Positions 13,172 to 29,149 are shown, numbered from the stretch's first letter. The stretch: DNA of 64,000 bases from Lytechinus pictus (GCF_037042905.1 NC_087245.1:35280001-35344000); one strand, 5' to 3'. Program-made: numbers and translations. Notes: generated from the sequence alone by a model not told the origin.

Positions 13172-15156
13172 TACTACTAACAATAATAATATCAATTCTA
13201 CTACTACAACAACTACTACTACTACTATCCATGCAGAAAAGAAGGAAGGTAAATGATATTCATTCGACCCAACCAAATTATCCAAAACTTTTAATTTGAT
13301 AATAGCTAATTGACAAAATTGCATGCCTATTCATGATTCGTCATCTTACTCTGATTCTAGGAAAGGCAATCACTGACCTTCCTTTGTCCAAAGGAGTGAG
13401 AAATATTGAGAAATATCTCTTTGCTTTTTGAACTATATTTAACTGGCGGAGGAATTAGGGCGCTATTTTACCTTTTCAAGCGAAGAATGAGATGTCCTCA
13501 TGATTACGGGATATTTTCAAAAACGTTGATTTATTTTCGAAATCATCTGGTCGGACGACATAATTTTTATATACGCTTTTCTGGTCAGATTATATGAAAA
13601 GTCAGATACTGGTAGAAATAGTTTGTTCCTCTAATTTCATTCTAATATTTCCAAAAATGAAAATTAAAATGAAAATAAAGAGCTGTATTTACACACAAAG
13701 TCATTGTGTCTGTGGGGGAAATGGAAATGTTTATGCTCGTGGCGTCAGTTGTCGTTACAGATAGCTCATACAATTTTAGATCACTTAAACAAGATCATGT
13801 AATAATGAATCCGAATTCTTTTTATGAGACGCGGTTCAACGTAGTCATGAGACAGACACCGAGATTGCCAATCTTAAGTTTAAAGGGATGGTCCAGGCTC
13901 GATATATTTGTATCTCAATAAATAGAGCAAAATGCTGGAAATTTGAACAAAATCGGATAACAAAACGAAGTTATTGAAAAAATATAAAGATTTTGATTAT
14001 TCCGGTATAACAATTCTAAGCATGTCTTCGTGAATATTCATTAGATGGGCTGATGATGTCATATCCCTACTTGTTCATTAGCCCCGGTCGACCCCTCCCC
14101 CAACAAAAAATGAATAAAGGAAAATTGATAATAAATAGATGGTCAGAATTCGAGGAGAGAACAAACTTCCTTTTCACTATTAAAGGCAAATATTGATTGT
14201 CTGATCGTTCACATTGACGGGAGGCTCAATGACTTTTTCTCCATGAAGTAGACCTATTTTGATTTTTTTTTAGCATCAATAACTACCATGTCCATTATCT
14301 GAAATGTGATCTCCTTTTCATTACCTCTTTCCTCCTAAATTCATCTTAAACATCCAAAATAACAACAACGGACAAAATAAAATGATTGGAAAGTAAAAAC
14401 AGATAATTTCGATTAATTGGCAGGACGATTAATGTTGCCCAGTACGCGCCATTAATGAAGGGCCTCCGTTTCCTAGAAATAGGTCAATCCGAGAAGTCAA
14501 CGAACTTTCTGACGTGACATCACAATGCGATGTGCGCAGAGTGAAAACTTTCAGCCAATCAGGGCGCGGTAACCAAGAGAATGGCCACGGCGCACCTGTT
14601 TGTTTACTTTTTTTGCATATGGCCTGGACAAGCAATACGGATGTTTCATTCTCGTATAATGGACTTTCAGACACTGACTTGGGCTTTTATTCATGGAACT
14701 TACCTCACATTATCACAAGTCTTATTAATAAGGAAACTTCAAGTCGTTCGCTTTTTAAGAAAGAGGGAAAAGGAAGGGGGAAAGGAATGTGTTTGAGGTA
14801 AATGATAAACACATTACATTCACGAATTTTATTCATTATTTTCGGAAGAGGTGTTTTTTTCAAGGTTAATTACAATCATTGTTCACATCTGTTAAATGCT
14901 AGTGTATCATTGACTGTTTTATTTTAATACTTATTTAACCTTCATTGTTCTCAACCTCAAAATATGATAAAAGAAAAGTCGATTATTACTACTGTACTTA
15001 TTTGATCGCTTCTAGTTTATTTTCTACTTACATTATATAGTTAACCAACATTGTATATTTACTTACTCTATAGTCCTACTACTTCTACCGCTACTGACAT
15101 GACTGATATCACTGCAACAATAATGCTTTAACTTTGTTTCCTACTACTACTACTAT

Positions 15157-15192
<36 letters not shown>

Positions 15193-15219
15193 TACTACTA
15201 CTACTACTACTACTATTAT

Positions 15220-15251
<32 letters not shown>

Positions 15252-17335
15252 ATACTACTACTTCTACTATTACTTCTACTACTACTACTACTACTACTAT
15301 ACTACTACTACTAATAATAATAACAATTCTACTACTACTATTACTACTACTACTACTACTACTACTACTAACAATAATAATATCAATTCTACTACTACAA
15401 CAACTACTACTACTACTATCCATGCAGAAAAGAAGGAAGGTAAATGATATTCATTCGACCCAACCAAATTATCCAAAACTTTTAATTTGATAATAGCTAA
15501 TTGACAAAATTGCATGCCTATTCATGATTCGTCATCTTACTCTGATTCTAGGAAAGGCAATCACTGACCTTCCTTTGTCCAAAGGAGTGAGAAATATTGA
15601 GAAATATCTCTTTGCTTTTTGAACTATATTTAACTGGCGGAGGAATTAGGGCGCTATTTTACCTTTTCAAGCGAAGAATGAGATGTCCTCATGATTACGG
15701 GATATTTTCAAAAACGTTGATTTATTTTCGAAATCATCTGGTCGGACGACATAATTTTTATATACGCTTTGCTGGTAAGATGATATGAAAAGTCAGATAC
15801 TGGTAGAAATAATTTGTTCCTCTAATTTCATTCTAATATTTCCAAAAATGAAAATTAAAATGAAAATAAAGAGCTGTATTTACACACAAAGTCATTGTGT
15901 CTGTGGGGGAAATGGAAATGTTTATGCTCGTGGCGTCAGTTGTCGTTACAGATAGCTCACACAATTTTAGATCACTTAAACAAAATCATGTAATAATGAA
16001 TCCGAATTCTTTTTATGAGACGCGGTTCAACGTAGTCATGAGACAGACATCGAGATTGCCAATCTTAAGTTTAAAGGGATGGTCCAGGCTCGAGATATTT
16101 GTATCTCAATAAATAGAGCAAAATGCTGGAAATTTGAACAAAATCGGTAAACAAAACGAAGTTATTGAAAAAATTTAAAGATTTTGATTATTCCGGTATA
16201 ACAATTCTAGGCATGTCTTCGATAATATTCATTAGATGGGCTGATGATGTCATATCCCTACTTGTTCATTAGCCCCGGTCGACCCCTCCCCCAACAAAAA
16301 AAGAATAAAGGAAAATTGATATTAAACAGATGGTCAGAATTCGAGAAGAGAACAAACTTCCTTTTCACTAGTAAAGCCAAATATTGATTGTCTGATCGTT
16401 CACATTGACGGGAGGCTCAATGACCTTTTCTCCATGAAGTAGGCCTATTTTGATTTTTTAGCATCAATAACTACCATGTCCATTATCTAAAATGTGATCT
16501 CCTTTTCATTACCTCCTTCCTCCTAAATTCATCTTAAACATCCAAAATAACAATAACGGACAAAATAAAATGATTAGAAAGTAAAAACAGATAATTTCGA
16601 TTAATTGGCAGGATGATTAATGTTGCCCAGTACGCGCCATTAATGAAGGGCCTCCGTTTCCTAGAAATAGGTCAATCAGAGAAGTCAACGAACTTTCTGA
16701 CGTGACATCACAATGCGATGTGCGCAGAGTGAAAACTTTCAGCCAATCAGGGCGCGGTAACCAAGAGAATGGCCACGGCGCACCTGTTTGTTTACTGTTT
16801 TTGCATATGGCCTGGACAAGCAATACGGATGTTTCATTCTCGTATAATGGACTTTCAAACACTGACCTGGGCTTTTATTCATGGAACTTACCTCACATTA
16901 TCACAAGTCTTATTAATAAGGAAACTTCAAGTCGTTCGCTTTTTCAGAAAGAGGGAAAAAAAGGGGGAAAGGAATGTGTTTGAGGTAAATGATAAACACG
17001 TTATATTCACGAATTTTATTCATTATTTTCGGGAGAGAAGGTGTTTTTTCAAGGTTAATTACAATCATTTTTCACATCTGTTAAATGCTAGTGTATCCTT
17101 GACTGTTTTATTTTAATACTTATTTAACCTTCATTGTTCTCAACCTCAAAATATGATAAAAGGAAAGTCCATTATTACTACTGTAGGCCTAGTGATTTGA
17201 TCGCTTCTAGCTAATTTTCTACATACACTATATAGTTAACAGACATTGTATATTTACTTACTCTATAGTCCTACTACTTCTACCGCTACTGACATGACTG
17301 ATATCACTGCAACAATAATGCTTTAACTTTCTTTC

Positions 17336-17384
<49 letters not shown>

Positions 17385-17518
17385 TACTACTACTACTACT
17401 ACTACTATTACTACTACTACTACTACTTCTACTACTACTACTACTACTACTACTATTACTTCTACTACTACTACTATACTACTACTAATAATAATAATAA
17501 CAATTCTACTACTACTAT

Positions 17519-17565
<47 letters not shown>

Positions 17566-19525
17566 ACAATAATAATATCAATTCTACTACTACAACAACT
17601 ACTACTACTACTATCCATGCAGAAAAGAAGGAAGGTAAATGATATTCATTCGACCCAACCAAATTATCCAAAACTTTTAATTTGATAATAGCTAATTGAC
17701 AAAATTGCATGCCTATTCATGATTCGTCATCTTACTCTGATTCTAGGAAAGGCAATCACTGACCTTCCTTTGTCCAAAGGAGTGAGAAATATTGAGAAAT
17801 ATCTCTTTGCTTTTTGAACTATATTTAACTGGCGGAGGAATTAGGGCGCTATTTTATCTTTTCAAGCGAAGAATGAGATGTCCTCATGATTACGGGATAT
17901 TTTCAAAAACGTTGATTTATTTTCGAAATCATCTGGTCGGACGACATAATTTTTATATACGCTTTGCTGGTAAGATTATATGAAAAGTCAGATACTGGTA
18001 GAAATAATTTGTTCCTCTAATTTCATTCTAATATTTCCAAAAATGAAAATTAAAATGAAAATAAAGAGCTGTATTTACACACAAAGTCATTGTGTCTGTG
18101 GGGGAAATGGAAATGTTTATGCTCGTGGCGTCAGTTGTCGTTACAGATAGCTCACACAATTTTAGATCACTTAAACAAGATCATGTAATAATGAATCCGA
18201 ATTCTTTTTATGAGACGCGGTTCAACGTAGTCATGAGACAGACATCGAGATTGCCAATCTTAAGTTTAAAGGGATGGTCCAGGCTCGAGATATTTGTATC
18301 TCAATAAATAGAGCAAAATGCTGGAAATTTGAACAAAATCGGATAACAAAACGAAGTTATTGAAAAAATATAAAGATTTTGATTATTCCGGTATAACAAT
18401 TCTAAGCATGTCTTCGTGAATATTCATTAGATGGGCTGATGATGTCATATCCCTACTTGTTCATTAGCCCCGGTCGACCCCTCCCCCAACAAAAAATGAA
18501 TAAAGGAAAATTGATAATAAACAGATGGTCAGAATTCGAGGAGAGAACAAACTTCCTTTTCACTATTAAAGGCAAATATTGATTGTCTGATCGTTTACAT
18601 TGACGGGAGGCTCAATGACTTTTTCTCCATGAAGTAGACCTATTTTGATTTTTGTTAGCATCAATAACTACCATGTCCATTATCTGAAATGTGATCTCCT
18701 TTTCATTACCTCCTTCCTCCTAAATTCATCTTAAACATCCAAAATAACAACAACGGACAAAATAAAATGATTGGAAAGTAAAAACAGATAATTTCGATTA
18801 ATTGGCAGGACGATTAATGTTGCCCAGTACGCGCCATTAATGAAGGGCCTCCGTTTCCTAGAAATAGGTCAATCCGAGAAGTCAACGAACTTTCTGACGT
18901 GACATCACAATGCGATGTGCGCAGAGTGAAAACTTTCAGCCAATCAGGGCGCGGTAACCAAGAGAATGGCCACGGCGCACCTGTTTGTTTACTTTTTTTG
19001 CATATGGCCTGGACAAGCAATACGGATGTTTCATTCTCGTATAATGGACTTTCAGACACTGACTTGGGCTTTTATTCATGGAACTTACCTCACATTATCA
19101 CAAGTCTTATTAATAAGGAAACTTCAAGTCGTTCGCTTTTTAAGAAAGAGGGAAAAGGAAGGGGGAAAGGAATGTGTTTGAGGTAAATGATAAACACATT
19201 ACATTCACGAATTTTATTCATTATTTTCGGAAGAGGTGTTTTTTTCAAGGTTAATTACAATCATTTTTCACATCTGTTAAATGCTAGTGTATCATTGACT
19301 GTTTTATTTTAATATTTATTTAACCTTCATTGTTCTCAACCTCAAAATATGATAAAAGAAAAGTCGATTATTACTACTGTACTTATTTGATCGCTTCTAG
19401 TTTATTTTCTACTTACATTATATAGTTAACCAACATTGTATATTTACTTACTCTATAGTCCTACTACTTCTACCGCTACTGACATGACTGATATCACTGC
19501 AACAATAATGCTTTAACTTTGTTTC

Positions 19526-19559
<34 letters not shown>

Positions 19560-19708
19560 TACTACTACTACTACTACTACTATTATTACTACTACTACTA
19601 CTACTACTACTTCTACTACTACTACTTCTACTATTACTTCTACTACTACTACTACTACTACTACTATACTACTACTAATAATAATAATAACAATTCTACT
19701 ACTACTAT

Positions 19709-19747
<39 letters not shown>

Positions 19748-21732
19748 TACTACTAACAATAATAATATCAATTCTACTACTACAACAACTACTACTACTA
19801 CTATCCATGCAGAAAAGAAGGAAGGTAAATGATATTCATTCGACCCAACCAAATTATCCAAAACTTTTAATTTGATAATAGCTAATTGACAAAATTGCAT
19901 GCCTATTCATGATTCGTCATCTTACTCTGATTCTAGGAAAGGCAATCACTGACCTTCCTTTGTCCAAAGGAGTGAGAAATATTGAGAAATATCTCTTTGC
20001 TTTTTGAACTATATTTAACTGGCGGAGGAATTAGGGCGCTATTTTACCTTTTCAAGCGAAGAATGAGATGTCCTCATGATTACGGGATATTTTCAAAAAC
20101 GTTGATTTATTTTCGAAATCATCTGGTCGGACGACATAATTTTTATATACGCTTTTCTGGTCAGATTATATGAAAAGTCAGATACTGGTAGAAATAGTTT
20201 GTTCCTCTAATTTCATTCTAATATTTCCAAAAATGAAAATTAAAATGAAAATAAAGAGCTGTATTTACACACAAAGTCATTGTGTCTGTGGGGGAAATGG
20301 AAATGTTTATGCTCGTGGCGTCAGTTGTCGTTACAGATAGCTCATACAATTTTAGATCACTTAAACAAGATCATGTAATAATGAATCCGAATTCTTTTTA
20401 TGAGACGCGGTTCAACGTAGTCATGAGACAGACACCGAGATTGCCAATCTTAAGTTTAAAGGGATGGTCCAGGCTCGATATATTTGTATCTCAATAAATA
20501 GAGCAAAATGCTGGAAATTTGAACAAAATCGGATAACAAAACGAAGTTATTGAAAAAATATAAAGATTTTGATTATTCCGGTATAACAATTCTAAGCATG
20601 TCTTCGTGAATATTCATTAGATGGGCTGATGATGTCATATCCCTACTTGTTCATTAGCCCCGGTCGACCCCTCCCCCAACAAAAAATGAATAAAGGAAAA
20701 TTGATAATAAATAGATGGTCAGAATTCGAGGAGAGAACAAACTTCCTTTTCACTATTAAAGGCAAATATTGATTGTCTGATCGTTCACATTGACGGGAGG
20801 CTCAATGACTTTTTCTCCATGAAGTAGACCTATTTTGATTTTTTTTTAGCATCAATAACTACCATGTCCATTATCTGAAATGTGATCTCCTTTTCATTAC
20901 CTCTTTCCTCCTAAATTCATCTTAAACATCCAAAATAACAACAACGGACAAAATAAAATGATTGGAAAGTAAAAACAGATAATTTCGATTAATTGGCAGG
21001 ACGATTAATGTTGCCCAGTACGCGCCATTAATGAAGGGCCTCCGTTTCCTAGAAATAGGTCAATCCGAGAAGTCAACGAACTTTCTGACGTGACATCACA
21101 ATGCGATGTGCGCAGAGTGAAAACTTTCAGCCAATCAGGGCGCGGTAACCAAGAGAATGGCCACGGCGCACCTGTTTGTTTACTTTTTTTGCATATGGCC
21201 TGGACAAGCAATACGGATGTTTCATTCTCGTATAATGGACTTTCAGACACTGACTTGGGCTTTTATTCATGGAACTTACCTCACATTATCACAAGTCTTA
21301 TTAATAAGGAAACTTCAAGTCGTTCGCTTTTTAAGAAAGAGGGAAAAGGAAGGGGGAAAGGAATGTGTTTGAGGTAAATGATAAACACATTACATTCACG
21401 AATTTTATTCATTATTTTCGGAAGAGGTGTTTTTTTCAAGGTTAATTACAATCATTGTTCACATCTGTTAAATGCTAGTGTATCATTGACTGTTTTATTT
21501 TAATACTTATTTAACCTTCATTGTTCTCAACCTCAAAATATGATAAAAGAAAAGTCGATTATTACTACTGTACTTATTTGATCGCTTCTAGTTTATTTTC
21601 TACTTACATTATATAGTTAACCAACATTGTATATTTACTTACTCTATAGTCCTACTACTTCTACCGCTACTGACATGACTGATATCACTGCAACAATAAT
21701 GCTTTAACTTTGTTTCCTACTACTACTACTAT

Positions 21733-21771
<39 letters not shown>

Positions 21772-21798
21772 TACTACTACTACTACTACTACTATTAT

Positions 21799-21830
<32 letters not shown>

Positions 21831-21920
21831 ATACTACTACTTCTACTATTACTTCTACTACTACTACTACTACTACTATACTACTACTACTAATAATAAT
21901 AACAATTCTACTACTACTAT

Positions 21921-21964
<44 letters not shown>

Positions 21965-23900
21965 ACAATAATAATATCAATTCTACTACTACAACAACTA
22001 CTACTACTACTATCCATGCAGAAAAGAAGGAAGGTAAATGATATTCATTCGACCCAACCAAATTATCCAAAACTTTTAATTTGATAATAGCTAATTGACA
22101 AAATTGCATGCCTATTCATGATTCGTCATCTTACTCTGATTCTAGGAAAGGCAATCACTGACCTTCCTTTGTCCAAAGGAGTGAGAAATATTGAGAAATA
22201 TCTCTTTGCTTTTTGAACTATATTTAACTGGCGGAGGAATTAGGGCGCTATTTTACCTTTTCAAGCGAAGAATGAGATGTCCTCATGATTACGGGATATT
22301 TTCAAAAACGTTGATTTATTTTCGAAATCATCTGGTCGGACGACATAATTTTTATATACGCTTTGCTGGTAAGATGATATGAAAAGTCAGATACTGGTAG
22401 AAATAATTTGTTCCTCTAATTTCATTCTAATATTTCCAAAAATGAAAATTAAAATGAAAATAAAGAGCTGTATTTACACACAAAGTCATTGTGTCTGTGG
22501 GGGAAATGGAAATGTTTATGCTCGTGGCGTCAGTTGTCGTTACAGATAGCTCACACAATTTTAGATCACTTAAACAAAATCATGTAATAATGAATCCGAA
22601 TTCATTTTATGAGACGCGGTTCAACGTAGTCATGAGACAGACATCGAGATTGCCAATCTTAAGTTTAAAGGGATGGTCCAGGCTCGAGATATTTGTATCT
22701 CAATAAATAGAGCAAAATGCTGGAAATTTGAACAAAATCGGTAAACAAAACGAAGTTATTGAAAAAATTTAAAGATTTTGATTATTCCGGTATAACAATT
22801 CTAGGCATGTCTTCGATAATATTCATTAGATGGGCTGATGATGTCATATCCCTACTTGTTCATTAGCCCCGGTCGACCCCTCCCCCAACAAAAAAAGAAT
22901 AAAGGAAAATTGATATTAAACAGATGGTCAGAATTCGAGAAGAGAACAAACTTCCTTTTCACTAGTAAAGGCAAATATTGATTGTCTGATCGTTCACATT
23001 GACGGGAGGCTCAATGACCTTTTCTCCATGAAGTAGGCCTATTTTGATTTTTTAGCATCAATAACTACCATGTCCATTATCTAAAATGTGATCTCCTTTT
23101 CATTACCTCCTTCCTCCTAAATTCATCTTAAACATCCAAAATAACAATAACGGACAAAATAAAATGATTAGAAAGTAAAAACAGATAATTTCGATTAATT
23201 GGCAGGATGATTAATGTTGCCCAGTACGCGCCATTAATGAAGGGCCTCCGTTTCCTAGAAATAGGTCAATCAGAGAAGTCAACGAACTTTCTGACGTGAC
23301 ATCACAATGCGATGTGCGCAGAGTGAAAACTTTCAGCCAATCAGGGCGCGGTAACCAAGAGAATGGCCACGGCGCACCTGTTTGTTTACTGTTTTTGCAT
23401 ATGGCCTGGACAAGCAATACGGATGTTTCATTCTCGTATAATGGACTTTCAAACACTGACCTGGGCTTTTATTCATGGAACTTACCTCACATTATCACAA
23501 GTCTTATTAATAAGGAAACTTCAAGTCGTTCGCTTTTTCAGAAAGAGGGAAAAAAGGGGGGAAAGGAATGTGTTTGAGGTAAATGATAAACACGTTATAT
23601 TCACGAATTTTATTCATTATTTTCGGGAGAGAAGGTGTTTTTTCAAGGTTAATTACAATCATTTTTCACATCTGTTAAATGCTAGTGTATCCTTGACTGT
23701 TTTATTTTAATACTTATTTAACCTTCATTGTTCTCAACCTCAAAATATGATAAAAGGAAAGTCCATTATTACTACTGTAGGCCTACTGATTTGATCGCTT
23801 CTAGCTAATTTTCTACATACACTATATAGTTAACAGACATTGTATATTTACTTACTCTATAGTCCTACTACTTCTACCGCTACTGACATGACTGATATCA
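7400..23900. repeat. Three-unit higher-order repeat (A-B-A), period ~6576 bp, ~2.5 copies
   Basis: Marker spacings: 14514-7939=6575, 16702-10126=6576, 18899-12323=6576, 21090-14514=6576. Microsatellite patterns and SNPs recur at this lag (e.g. ORFs 8558/15134, 10728/17304, 12918/19494 are identical). Boundaries approximate. Confidence 0.93.
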
Positions 23901-23928
23901 CTGCAACAATAATGCTTTAACTTTCTTT

Positions 23929-23929
23929 C

Positions 23930-23981
<52 letters not shown>

Positions 23982-24232
23982 TACTACTACTACTACTACT
24001 ACTATTACTACTACTACTACTACTACTTCTACTACTACTACTACTACTACTACTATTACTTCTACTACTACTACTACTATACTACTACTACTAATAATAA
24101 CAATTCTACTACTACTATTACTACTACTACTACTACTAATAATAATAATAACAATTCTACTACTACTATTACTACTACTACTACAACTACTTCTACTACT
24201 ACTACTTCTACTACTACTACTACTACTACTAT

Positions 24233-24309
<77 letters not shown>

Positions 24310-24389
24310 TTACCTCTACTACTATTACTACTACTACTATACTACTACTAATAATAATAATAACAATTCTACTACTACTATTACTCATG

Positions 24390-24422
<33 letters not shown>

Positions 24423-24471
24423 ATAATAATAATAATAACAATTCTACTACTACTACTACTTCTACTACTGC

Positions 24472-24507
<36 letters not shown>

Positions 24508-24686
24508 TATTACTTCTACTACTACTACTACTATACTACTACTACTAATAATAACAATTCTACTACTACTATTACTACTACTACTACTAATAATAATAAT
24601 AATAACAATTCTACTACTACTATTACTACTACTACTACAACTACTTCTACTACTACTACTTCTACTACTACTACTACTACTACTAT

Positions 24687-24769
<83 letters not shown>

Positions 24770-25063
24770 TTACCTCTACTACTATTACTACTACTACTAT
24801 ACTACTACTAATAATAATAATAACAATTCTACTACTACTATTACTTATGCTACTACTACTACTACTACTACTACTAATAATAATAATAATAATAACAATT
24901 CTACTACTACTACTACTTCTACTACTGGTACTACTAATACTACTTCTACTACGACTACTACTACCACTTCTACTACTACTACTACTACTACTACCACTAC
25001 TACTACTATACTACTAATAATAATATCAATTCTACTACTACAACAACTACTACTACTACTATC
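23929..25063. repeat. Expanded compound microsatellite block (~1.13 kb) with an internal ~460-bp duplication
   Basis: TTACT(C/T)ATGC landmark at 24381 and 24841; TACCTCTACT landmark at 24311 and 24771. Confidence 0.9.
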
Positions 25064-25899
25064 CATGCAGAAAAGAAGGAAGGTAAATGATATTCATTCG
25101 ACCCAACCAAATCATCAAAAACTTTTAATTTGATAATAGCTGATTGACAAAATTGCATGCCTATTCATGATTCGTCATCTTACTCTGATTCCAGGAAAGG
25201 CAATCACTGACCTTCCTTTGTCCAAAGGAGTGAGAAATATTGAGAAATATCTCTTTGCTTTTTGAACTATATTTAACTGGCGGAGGAATTAGGGCGCTAT
25301 TTTACCTTTTCAAGCGAAGAATGAGATGTCCTCATGATTACGGGATACTTTCAAAAACGTTGATCTATTTTCGAAATCATCTGGTCGGACGACATAATTT
25401 TTATATGCGCTTTTATGGTCAGATTATATGAAAAGTCAGATACTGGTAGAAATAGTTTGTTCCTCTAATTTCATTCTAATATTTCCAAAAATGAAAATTA
25501 AAATGAAAATAAAGAGCTGTATTTACACACAAAGTCATTGTGTCTGTGGGGGAAATGGAAATGTTTATGCTCGTGGCGTCAGTTGTCGTTACAGATAGCT
25601 CATACAATTTTAGATCACTTAAACAAGATCATGTAATAATGAATCCGAATTCTTTTCATGAGACCCGGTTCAACGTAGTCATGAGACAGACACCGAGATT
25701 GCCAATCTTAAGTTTAAAGGGATGGTCCAGGCTCGATATATTTGTATCTCAATAAATAGAGCAAAATGCTGGAAATTTGAACAAAATCGGATAACAAAAC
25801 GAAGTTATTGAAAAAATATAAAGATTTTGATTATTCCGGTATAACAATTTTAAGCATGTCTTCGTGAATATTCATTAGATGGGCTGATGATGTCATATC

Positions 25900-26973
25900 C
25901 CTACTTGTTCATTAGCCCCGGTCGACCCCTCCCCCAACAAAATATGAATAAAGGAAAATTGATAATAAACAGATGGTCAGAATTCGAGGAGAGAACAAAC
26001 TTCCTTTTCACTATTAAAGGCAAATATTGATTGTCTGATCGTTTACATTGACGGGAGGCTCAATGACTTTTTCTCCATGAAGTAGACCTATTTTGATTTT
26101 TGTTAGCATCAATAACTACCATGTCCATTATCTGAAATGTGATCTCCTTTTCATTACCTCCTTCCTCCTAAATTCATCTTAAACATCCAAAATAACAACA
26201 ACGGACAAAATAAAATGATTGGAAAGTAAAAACAGATAATTTCGATTAATTGGCAGGACGATTAATGTTGCCCAGTACGCGCCATTAATGAAGGGCCTCC
26301 GTTTCCTAGAAATAGGTCAATCCGAGAAGTCAACGAACTTTCTGACGTGACATCACAATGCGATGTGCGCAGAGTGAAAACTTTCAGCCAATCAGGGCGC
26401 GGTAACCAAGAGAATGGCCACGGCGCACCTGTTTGTTTACTTTTTTTGCATATGGCCTGGACAAGCAATACGGATGTTTCATTCTCGTATAATGGACTTT
26501 CAGACACTGACTTGGGCTTTTATTCATGGAACTTACCTCACATTATCACAAGTCTTATTAATAAGGAAACTTCAAGTCGTTCGCTTTTTAAGAAAGAGGG
26601 AAAAGGAAGGGGGAAAGGAATGTGTTTGAGGTAAATGATAAACACATTACATTCACGAATTTTATTCATTATTTTCGGAAGAGGTGTTTTTTTCAAGGTT
26701 AATTACAATCATTTTTCACATCTGTTAAATGCTAGTGTATCATTGACTGTTTTATTTTAATATTTATTTAACCTTCATTGTTCTCAACCTCAAAATATGA
26801 TAAAAGAAAAGTCGATTATTACTACTGTACTTATTTGATCGCTTCTAGTTTATTTTCTACTTACATTATATAGTTAACCAACATTGTATATTTACTTACT
26901 CTATAGTCCTACTACTTCTACCGCTACTGACATGACTGATATCACTGCAACAATAATGCTTTAACTTTGTTTC

Positions 26974-27007
<34 letters not shown>

Positions 27008-27142
27008 TACTACTACTACTACTACTACTATTATTACTACTACTACTACTACTACTACTTCTACTACTACTACTTCTACTATTACTTCTACTACTACTAC
27101 TACTACTACTAATAATAATAATAACAATTCTACTACTACTAT

Positions 27143-27189
<47 letters not shown>

Positions 27190-29149
27190 ACAATAATAAT
27201 ATCAATTCTACTACTACAACAACTACTACTACTACTATCCATGCAGAAAAGAAGGAAGGTAAATGATATTCATTCGACCCAACCAAATTATCCAAAACTT
27301 TTAATTTGATAATAGCTAATTGACAAAATTGCATGCCTATTCATGATTCGTCATCTTACTCTGATTCTAGGAAAGGCAATCACTGACCTTCCTTTGTCCA
27401 AAGGAGTGAGAAATATTGAGAAATATCTCTTTGCTTTTTGAACTATATTTAACTGGCGGAGGAATTAGGGCGCTATTTTATCTTTTCAAGCGAAGAATGA
27501 GATGTCCTCATGATTACGGGATATTTTCAAAAACGTTGATTTATTTTCGAAATCATCTGGTCGGACGACATAATTTTTATATACGCTTTGCTGGTAAGAT
27601 TATATGAAAAGTCAGATACTGGTAGAAATAATTTGTTCCTCTAATTTCATTCTAATATTTCCAAAAATGAAAATTAAAATGAAAATAAAGAGCTGTATTT
27701 ACACACAAAGTCATTGTGTCTGTGGGGGAAATGGAAATGTTTATGCTCGTGGCGTCAGTTGTCGTTACAGATAGCTCACACAATTTTAGATCACTTAAAC
27801 AAGATCATGTAATAATGAATCCGAATTCTTTTTATGAGACGCGGTTCAACGTAGTCATGAGACAGACATCGAGATTGCCAATCTTAAGTTTAAAGGGATG
27901 GTCCAGGCTCGAGATATTTGTATCTCAATAAATAGAGCAAAATGCTGGAAATTTGAACAAAATCGGATAACAAAACGAAGTTATTGAAAAAATATAAAGA
28001 TTTTGATTATTCCGGTATAACAATTCTAAGCATGTCTTCGTGAATATTCATTAGATGGGCTGATGATGTCATATCCCTACTTGTTCATTAGCCCCGGTCG
28101 ACCCCTCCCCCAACAAAAAATGAATAAAGGAAAATTGATAATAAACAGATGGTCAGAATTCGAGGAGAGAACAAACTTCCTTTTCACTATTAAAGGCAAA
28201 TATTGATTGTCTGATCGTTTACATTGACGGGAGGCTCAATGACTTTTTCTCCATGAAGTAGACCTATTTTGATTTTTGTTAGCATCAATAACTACCATGT
28301 CCATTATCTGAAATGTGATCTCCTTTTCATTACCTCCTTCCTCCTAAATTCATCTTAAACATCCAAAATAACAACAACGGACAAAATAAAATGATTAGAA
28401 AGTAAAAACAGATAATTTCGATTAATTGGCAGGACGATTAATGTTGCCCAGTACGCGCCATTAATGAAGGGCCTCCGTTTCCTAGAAATAGGTCAATCCG
28501 AGAAGTCAACGAACTTTCTGACGTGACATCACAATGCGATGTGCGCAGAGTGAAAACTTTCAGCCAATCAGGGCGCGGTAACCAAGAGAATGGCCACGGC
28601 GCACCTGTTTGTTTACTTTTTTTGCATATGGCCTGGACAAGCAATACGGATGTTTCATTCTCGTATAATGGACTTTCAGACACTGACTTGGGCTTTTATT
28701 CATGGAACTTACCTCACATTATCACAAGTCTTATTAATAAGGAAACTTCAAGTCGTTCGCTTTTTAAGAAAGAGGGAAAAGGAAGGGGGAAAGGAATGTG
28801 TTTGAGGTAAATGATAAACACATTACATTCACGAATTTTATTCATTATTTTCGGAAGAGGTGTTTTTTTCAAGGTTAATTACAATCATTTTTCACATCTG
28901 TTAAATGCTAGTGTATCATTGACTGTTTTATTTTAATATTTATTTAACCTTCATTGTTCTCAACCTCAAAATATGATAAAAGAAAAGTCGATTATTACTA
29001 CTGTACTTATTTGATCGCTTCTAGTTTATTTTCTACTTACATTATATAGTTAACCAACATTGTATATTTACTTACTCTATAGTCCTACTACTTCTACCGC
29101 TACTGACATGACTGATATCACTGCAACAATAATGCTTTAACTTTGTTTC

